From Octopus vulgaris (Eukaryota), in NCBI GenBank assembly GCA_951406725.2, contig OX597817.1, positions 62,000,001 to 62,064,000 of the forward strand: a DNA stretch of 64,000 bases. The letters are read 5' to 3'. The notes under the pieces were generated by a model. The model searched no databases. It was not told the origin of the DNA and saw nothing but the letters and a program-made list of their open reading frames with translations. The position numbers were made by a program, and so were the translations under genes. Below, piece after piece: positions 57,991 through 64,000 of this stretch (positions are counted from its first letter, which is position 1; each line of letters begins with the position of its first letter).

Positions 57991-58119
57991 ACGTATATAT
58001 ACATATAGGTATGTATCTGTATATACATTTTATTGTATATCGATATATCTATATCTATATTATGCATATATAAAATATATACATATAAATATGTGTCTGT
58101 GTATAGATAGATAGATACC
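57685..58119. repeat. About 430-bp palindrome centred on (TA)n
   Basis: GGTATCTATC...TCGATATACAATAAA...CAGATACATACC is mirrored as GGTATGTATCTG...TTTATTGTATATCGA...GATAGATACC. Confidence 0.9.
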
Positions 58120-58484
58120 CATCTATCTATCTACCTATCATCTGTTTGTCTGATTGTCTCTCTCGCTCTCTTTCACACTTTATTTATCTCTCCATATATA
58201 TATATATATATGCGCGCGTGTGTGTGTGTATGTGTGTGCGTGTGTTTAAATGCATGCATACATACCATATAAGTCGCTGGGCATTCCTCAGGCCTAGAGA
58301 AATATGTTACCACGTATTTCTCTAGGCGGAATCAGTATGACAAAGGCATACATCCATCCATCCATCCATCCATCCATCCATCCATCCATCCATCCATCCA
58401 TCCATCCATCCATCCATACATACATACATACATACATACATGCATACATACATACATACATACATACATACATACATACATACA

Positions 58485-58515
<31 letters not shown>

Positions 58516-59170
58516 GAATGGAATGAATTATATTAGAGAGCTACAGTACTCTACTAGTGGCTGGAAGAGTAAAGGTGGAGCTTTTAGGTGTTGGAGATCA
58601 ATACTGACCGAGTAAACCTATGATCAAAGACATCCTAACCTAACCCCAATATTCCAGTCATTTAGGATTATCTATTTCTATTTTATCTGATGTTCCTTTC
58701 GCTGTATTCGGCGACAGATGTGTTATATGAGGGAGATTTATGTCTCACTTCTATCAGATCAAGTGCCCGCAGAGAGGCCGCTTCCTAGGCTAGAACCGTG
58801 TTCGTGATGGTGAATGGAGACAATAGAAGTTACAACAGTGGTGATGACGGTGATGGTGGAGGGGAGGAGAGGCAATATAGGTGTTGATGGAGAACGAGGT
58901 GGTAGTGCTGGACATGGTAATCGTATTTGAGGATGCTAGTGAGGGAGTTAACGACTCCACCGTTGTTAGTTGCATGCGTGATATGGTGGTTGCGGACACA
59001 TGTTTTTCCTTCCTTCAAGTGATTGAAGAGTCAATGGTGAGGGTAGTAATTATGTTAATATTAACATCTGTATTGTTAAGGATAAAATAGATTTCTGTTA
59101 ATATAACAGCATTGTTGTTATAGTAGTAGACCTTGATGAGATGGTGACGGTATAAGTGGTGGTTGTAATA

Positions 59171-59344
59171 GTGGTGGAAGCGGTGGCGACGGCACCAATG
59201 GTGGTGGAAGCGGTGGCGATGGCACTAATGGTGGTGGCAGCGAGAGCGGTGGTTTTTGATCAACATTATCGTTGTGATAAAATTTCACGAAGTGAAATAA
59301 TAACAATACTTATTGTACAAGCATATTATTATTATTATTTATTA

Positions 59345-59407
<63 letters not shown>

Positions 59408-59445
59408 TTAATTTTTATTATTATTATTATTATTAATTATTATTA

Positions 59446-59510
<65 letters not shown>

Positions 59511-59538
59511 TTAATTTTTATTATTATTATAATTATTA

Positions 59539-59593
<55 letters not shown>

Positions 59594-59606
59594 AATAATA
59601 ATAATA

Positions 59607-59642
<36 letters not shown>

Positions 59643-59819
59643 ATTTTTATTATTATTATAATAATAATAATAATAATTATTATTATTATTATTTTTATCA
59701 TTATTATTATTATTATTATTTTTATTTCTATTATTATTATTATTATTATTAATATTATTATTATTATTATTTTATTTTTATTATTATTATCAGTAGTAGT
59801 AGTAGTACTAGCAGTAGTT

Positions 59820-59858
<39 letters not shown>

Positions 59859-60520
59859 TGGTGGTGGTGGTGGTGGCGGTGGTGGTGGCGGCGGCGGTGG
59901 CGGCGGCGGCAGCAGCAGCAGTATTGGCAGCCATAGTGGTGGTGGTGGTGGCGGTAGTACGGCAGTGCTAGAGGTGAAAGCTCCTTTGATCAAGATAATG
60001 GCGTTTATTAATTATAATGGTTTGATGAAAAGCGTTGGAAAAAGAAGCAAATGCCAAAACAAACAAAAAAAAACCAACGACAATATAATGGGAATGAAAC
60101 TAATGGTGACCAAAAGAAGTGATAGAAGAGAACGAACATGGTGGTTTAATAGGCTATTCTCAACTATGATTTAGTTAATGATTATAGATGCAAAACACTG
60201 AACACAGCAATTAAATATAATGCCACTCTGGAAAATTTTATAAAGCTCAATATCTATAAATGGAACACCAAATTCGTATCCGGCCCCGAAATGAATAAAT
60301 ATATAAGTTAATTAATTAATAAATGGAAACAATAATATTAAAAATACATCAGTTATAATAATATCAATGATAATAACCGCTTCTTTTATAAAATGAATAA
60401 TAATAATAATAATAAAAACAATAACGATGACAATAATAATGATTGGAGATATTGAAAATGGATAAATTGATGGAGAAACAAATGATATACCATATAATAA
60501 CAATAATAATAATAATAATA

Positions 60521-60566
<46 letters not shown>

Positions 60567-60611
60567 GAAGAAGAACAACAACAACAACAACAACAGTAAC
60601 AATAATGATAA

Positions 60612-60683
<72 letters not shown>
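59171..60683. repeat. 30-bp tandem repeat plus long (ATT/AAT)n, (TAG)n, (GGT/GGC)n tracts
   Basis: GTGGTGGAAGCGGTGGCGAYGGCACYAATG about 2.4 copies at 59171-59242; (ATT)n about 59326-59790; (AAT)n switching to (ATT)n at about 60500-60683. Confidence 0.9.
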
Positions 60684-60684
<1 letters not shown>

Positions 60685-60967
60685 ACAACAATGGTTTCAA
60701 ATTTTGGCACAAGGCCAGCAATTTCAGCGGATTTGGGTGAGACGATTACAACGATCCCAATGCTCAACTGATACTTATTTTATCGACCCCGAAAGGACGA
60801 AAGGCAAAGTTGATCTCGACGGAATTGGAAGGTGGAACGTAACGAAAGACGAAATGTCGGTATGCTTTTTACCCCTCATGCTAACGAATCTACCACCTCG
60901 CCACCCTATATATTAATAATGGTAATAATTTCTTTTATAATAACAACAAAAACAATGATAATAATAA

Positions 60968-61900
60968 AGGTATAGAATTACCTAATAGAGAACTAATTGA
61001 ACAAGTTGAAAAGGAAGGCTGCAGATATTTTGGCATACTAGAGTCAACGAGATAATGGAGAAGGAAATAAAAGGGCATCTGAAGAGGGAATATTTCCGAA
61101 GAATAAGATTGGTGTTGCGTCCAAAATTGACTGGGTGGAATAAAATCCAGTCAGTTAATACATGTGCGATAGCATCACTTCAGTATGGAGATAGAATCAG
61201 AAATTGGCTAAAAATGAATACGAAGACAAGAAAAATGTTGAAAGTACACGGAGCCTTCCACCATAAGAGTGACACCGGTGTCATTAAAACTGATAATTGT
61301 GTTAAGAAAGAAAAACTAAAAGAGGAAAAGAAGACAAAAAAGAAAAGAAACAGGTAGGAGAAAAATGTACGGTCAAGTTGGCAAGAGATACGAACACCAA
61401 GACAAATACTGAAGACTGGTGGCTATAGATGAGGAGAAGTGACTTGAAGATAGAGTCAGAAACATTCATGTACAGCTCAAGAACAACCGTTAAGGACCAG
61501 CTATGTGAAGTGCAGAATCGACAACACTACCAACAGCGACAAATGCAGAATGTGTGGTGAGAGAGGTGAAACGGCTTGGCACACCATTAGCGAATGCCCG
61601 AAATTGGCAAAACGCGAATGCAAAAGACGACATGGCAACGTGGTAAGAATGATCCATGGGTAGCCTTATGAAAATCACAAAGAGCAAAGACGTGGTATGA
61701 GTAAAACCCAGAAGGAGTCACGGAAATTGAACATTGCAAAATCCTGTGAGATGCAATGATTCAGTGCGATCACCTGACCAGGCATCAGAAACCGTACATC
61801 CGCACATTGTTGTGAAAAAGAAAAAAAAAAGAACATGCATGATAATCGACATATCATGTCCCGATGACAACAGGATCTAAGAGAAAGAAGAAGGAAAAGC
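60968..61900 (+). mobile_element. R4/Dong-clade non-LTR fragment (RT C-terminus, zinc knuckle, restriction-like endonuclease)
   Basis: GIELPN...EYFRRIRLVLRPKLTGWNKIQSVNT; QEQPLRTSYVKCRID...CRMCGERGETAWHTISECPKLA; MIQCDHL...KP...CMIIDISCPDD (PD-D/ExK). Disrupted; sits among (TAA)n tracts. Confidence 0.8.
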
Positions 61901-61923
61901 TAGTGTCTGACGTCGGATGTTGG

Positions 61924-62965
61924 CTGCTAGGAACATTTCACATCCTACGCCAGACACTATCAATTCAATATAACCCAAACAAAATAATCCACAAACACAA
62001 GACACACATTATATAGCAAATATATATATTTATAAAGCTGAAGTTGTCTGCGTGTGTGACAGGTTTGGTAGGCTTCAACTAAAACTATCTCCTCCAAGAC
62101 CCTGTGGCGCAAGTTGACCAAAATTGAGAGTATGATAGAAGACGGCTTGCTCTTCATTTCGTAGAAGAAAAAATTCAAATCGGACCATGTTAAGACCAAA
62201 AATTATTTACATCAAAAAGGTGCTTTTTTCTATGAAAATCCCTATTTTTTAATGATTTATTGACTGTTGTATCGCCCTTTTTCGGTGTATTTCAACCAGA
62301 AAAATGTTCACTTAAAGAGAATAACAAGCTACATAATGCAAAATTTTTACTTTTCAAAAATTCCAATTCTAAAGGGTCGAAAAAATTTTTGTTGTGATGT
62401 CATTGGTTTTGAGCGAACGACAGATTTTTGTACTTTTTCCTGAATACTGTTGCAGTGTTAACTTCTTAATGGATTTTACTGTTCGAAACTTGCTTCATTT
62501 TGCTTTAAATCTACGGGTAATTTTTTTTCTCCACAATGTTAATAGAAGGAATATTAACCAACAATACCAACAATTGAAGTCGGCATTACACATTTGCAGC
62601 ACATTCAGAGCAAACTCGAGCATCGCCACACTATACTGTTATTCATAGATTGAAACTATGTCAAAACTTTGTTAACGCGACATCAAAGTCTGCCATTTAA
62701 GCGCAACTAAAAAACAAACCCGAGCAACGCTGGGGTATACTGCTAGTATTCAATAAAATAAACAATCACCTGCTGGCATTTACCCAACGCATTACACACA
62801 CAACACACAATACAAATACTAGTACAACAAAAACTGCACCAGACCCGACAAAAAAGGAACTGATGCCATACAATACCGGGAAGAGTTTGCACACGTACCA
62901 ACTACACGGAGGTGCAGCAGTTATACAGAAGAAATTTGCCTGAAACTTCCAAATGATTAATAATA
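61924..62965 (+). mobile_element. 3' end of an R4/Dong-like element (ORF end plus 3' UTR) interrupted by the Helitron
   Basis: ctg cta gga aca ttt cac atc cta cgc cag aca cta tca = LLGTFHILRQTLS, the typical LLGTA[RH]ILR[KR]xL C-terminus. An AC-rich UTR-like sequence continues after the Helitron and ends in TAATAATAAT. Confidence 0.55.
62021..62746 (+). mobile_element. Non-autonomous Helitron (related termini, different interior)
   Basis: 5' TATATATATTTATAAAGCTGAAGTTGTC (TC start eroded); 3' hairpin CCCGAGCAACGCTGGGG then TATACTGCTAG|T, nearly the same 3' terminus as the 33144 units. Confidence 0.8.
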
Positions 62966-63541
62966 ATGATGGTTTCAAATTTTGGCACCAGGCCAGTAAT
63001 TTCGGGATAGGAGGTAAGTCGATTACATCGACCCCAGTACACAACTGGTACTTTTTTATCGACTCCGAAAGGACAATAGGATGAAAGGCAAAGTCGTGCG
63101 GATTTTGAGCTCGGAACATAGACAGACGCAATGCTGCTTAACATTTTACCGGTCATACAAACGCTTCAGCCAGTTCGCTGCCTTGAAAATAATAATCTTC
63201 TCTACAGTAAGCACAGAACCAGAAATTTTAGGGGATGGAGCTAGTCGATTACTTCTACTCCAGAGATCTGAAATGAGGCTTGGGTTAGTCACAGATTTCC
63301 GGCTGCTTCCCTCAGAATGCCGTGCGCAAATGAAACTGGTGATTTGAACACAACGTTGTTGTAAACGAGAAATCCTTCTCGCAAGAGATACACTACAGTG
63401 TTCAGTTTACTTAGCGTCTGAACCTGCCAAGATGTGTGAAGAATAAATATGCAAATATTCATTACAGATTTCGCAGTAGACGTGCAAATAATGCGTGTGT
63501 GTGTGTGTATGTGTATCTGTATAAAATGTATGTATATATGC

Positions 63542-63572
<31 letters not shown>

Positions 63573-63673
63573 CGTATGTACTTAATACAAACACACACAT
63601 ATATGTACATATACACCGTACACTGTATAGACGTATATACATACATGCATCTATATATATGTACAAACATGTA

Positions 63674-63726
<53 letters not shown>

Positions 63727-63789
63727 ATGTATATATAAATATATATCTATGTATATATATATGTGTGTATATACATGTGCGTCCTCAAA

Positions 63790-64000
63790 GTCCATCCCCT
63801 CCTCACCGTGGTGGGGACGCTGGCAACGGGTAGTGTCAGAGCTATGCCATCGGGAACTTCGGTTCCTGGTAGGGCCACCCAAGGCGGATTGGTCTGACAC
63901 CGAGTGGTATTAGGGCCACAACCCGGTGAAAATCCTCGGAATGTTTGCTTCGGCAACCGGCGGCTCCTCGGTCGTTCTGTATCTGCGTCTGCGGACAATC
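63790..64000 (+). mobile_element. Probable 5' UTR of an RTE-clade element running off the window edge
   Basis: GC-rich block containing GAGCTATGCC...AGGGCCACCCAAGGCGGA...GGTC, similar to the recalled BovB/Expander-type 5' UTR motif; strongly foldable. Confidence 0.55.

Noticed and set aside
63289-63423. Minus-strand acceptor-like site followed by [18 protein letters not shown]...*
   Set aside because: No homology recognised and it ends in a stop, so it cannot be an upstream exon of the gene; unsupported.

Overview
AT-rich, microsatellite-saturated animal genomic DNA. The tRNA-derived SINE families and repeat landscape look like octopus (inference from recalled repeat sequences, not a database hit). 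Almost all ORFs in the supplied track are microsatellite artefacts. One real gene is visible: a minus-strand TMEM272-like membrane protein, with a 60-bp exon (35528-35587) spliced in phase 1 across a 19.45-kb intron to the terminal exon (15645-16075). The rest is transposon debris: two Gypsy relics, a full-length but dead Chapaev3-like element with TIRs and a TAA TSD, a rearranged mariner, tandem and single non-autonomous Helitrons, R4/Dong, RTE and CR1 fragments, and many SINEs. Two linked themes stand out. (1) At least nine fold-back inverted duplications with arms of 10 to about 550 bp; several sit at the apparent 5' truncation point of a retroelement, and the tightest spacers cluster at 5 and 18-19 nt. 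(2) About ten type I hammerhead-ribozyme-like motifs (some with an intact core, most variant), several inside or next to those fold-backs. Together these suggest cDNA snap-back synthesis at retroelement 5' junctions and a non-autonomous, hammerhead-bearing, inverted-arm element family; both are hypotheses. All alignments were done by eye and coordinates of degraded elements are approximate.
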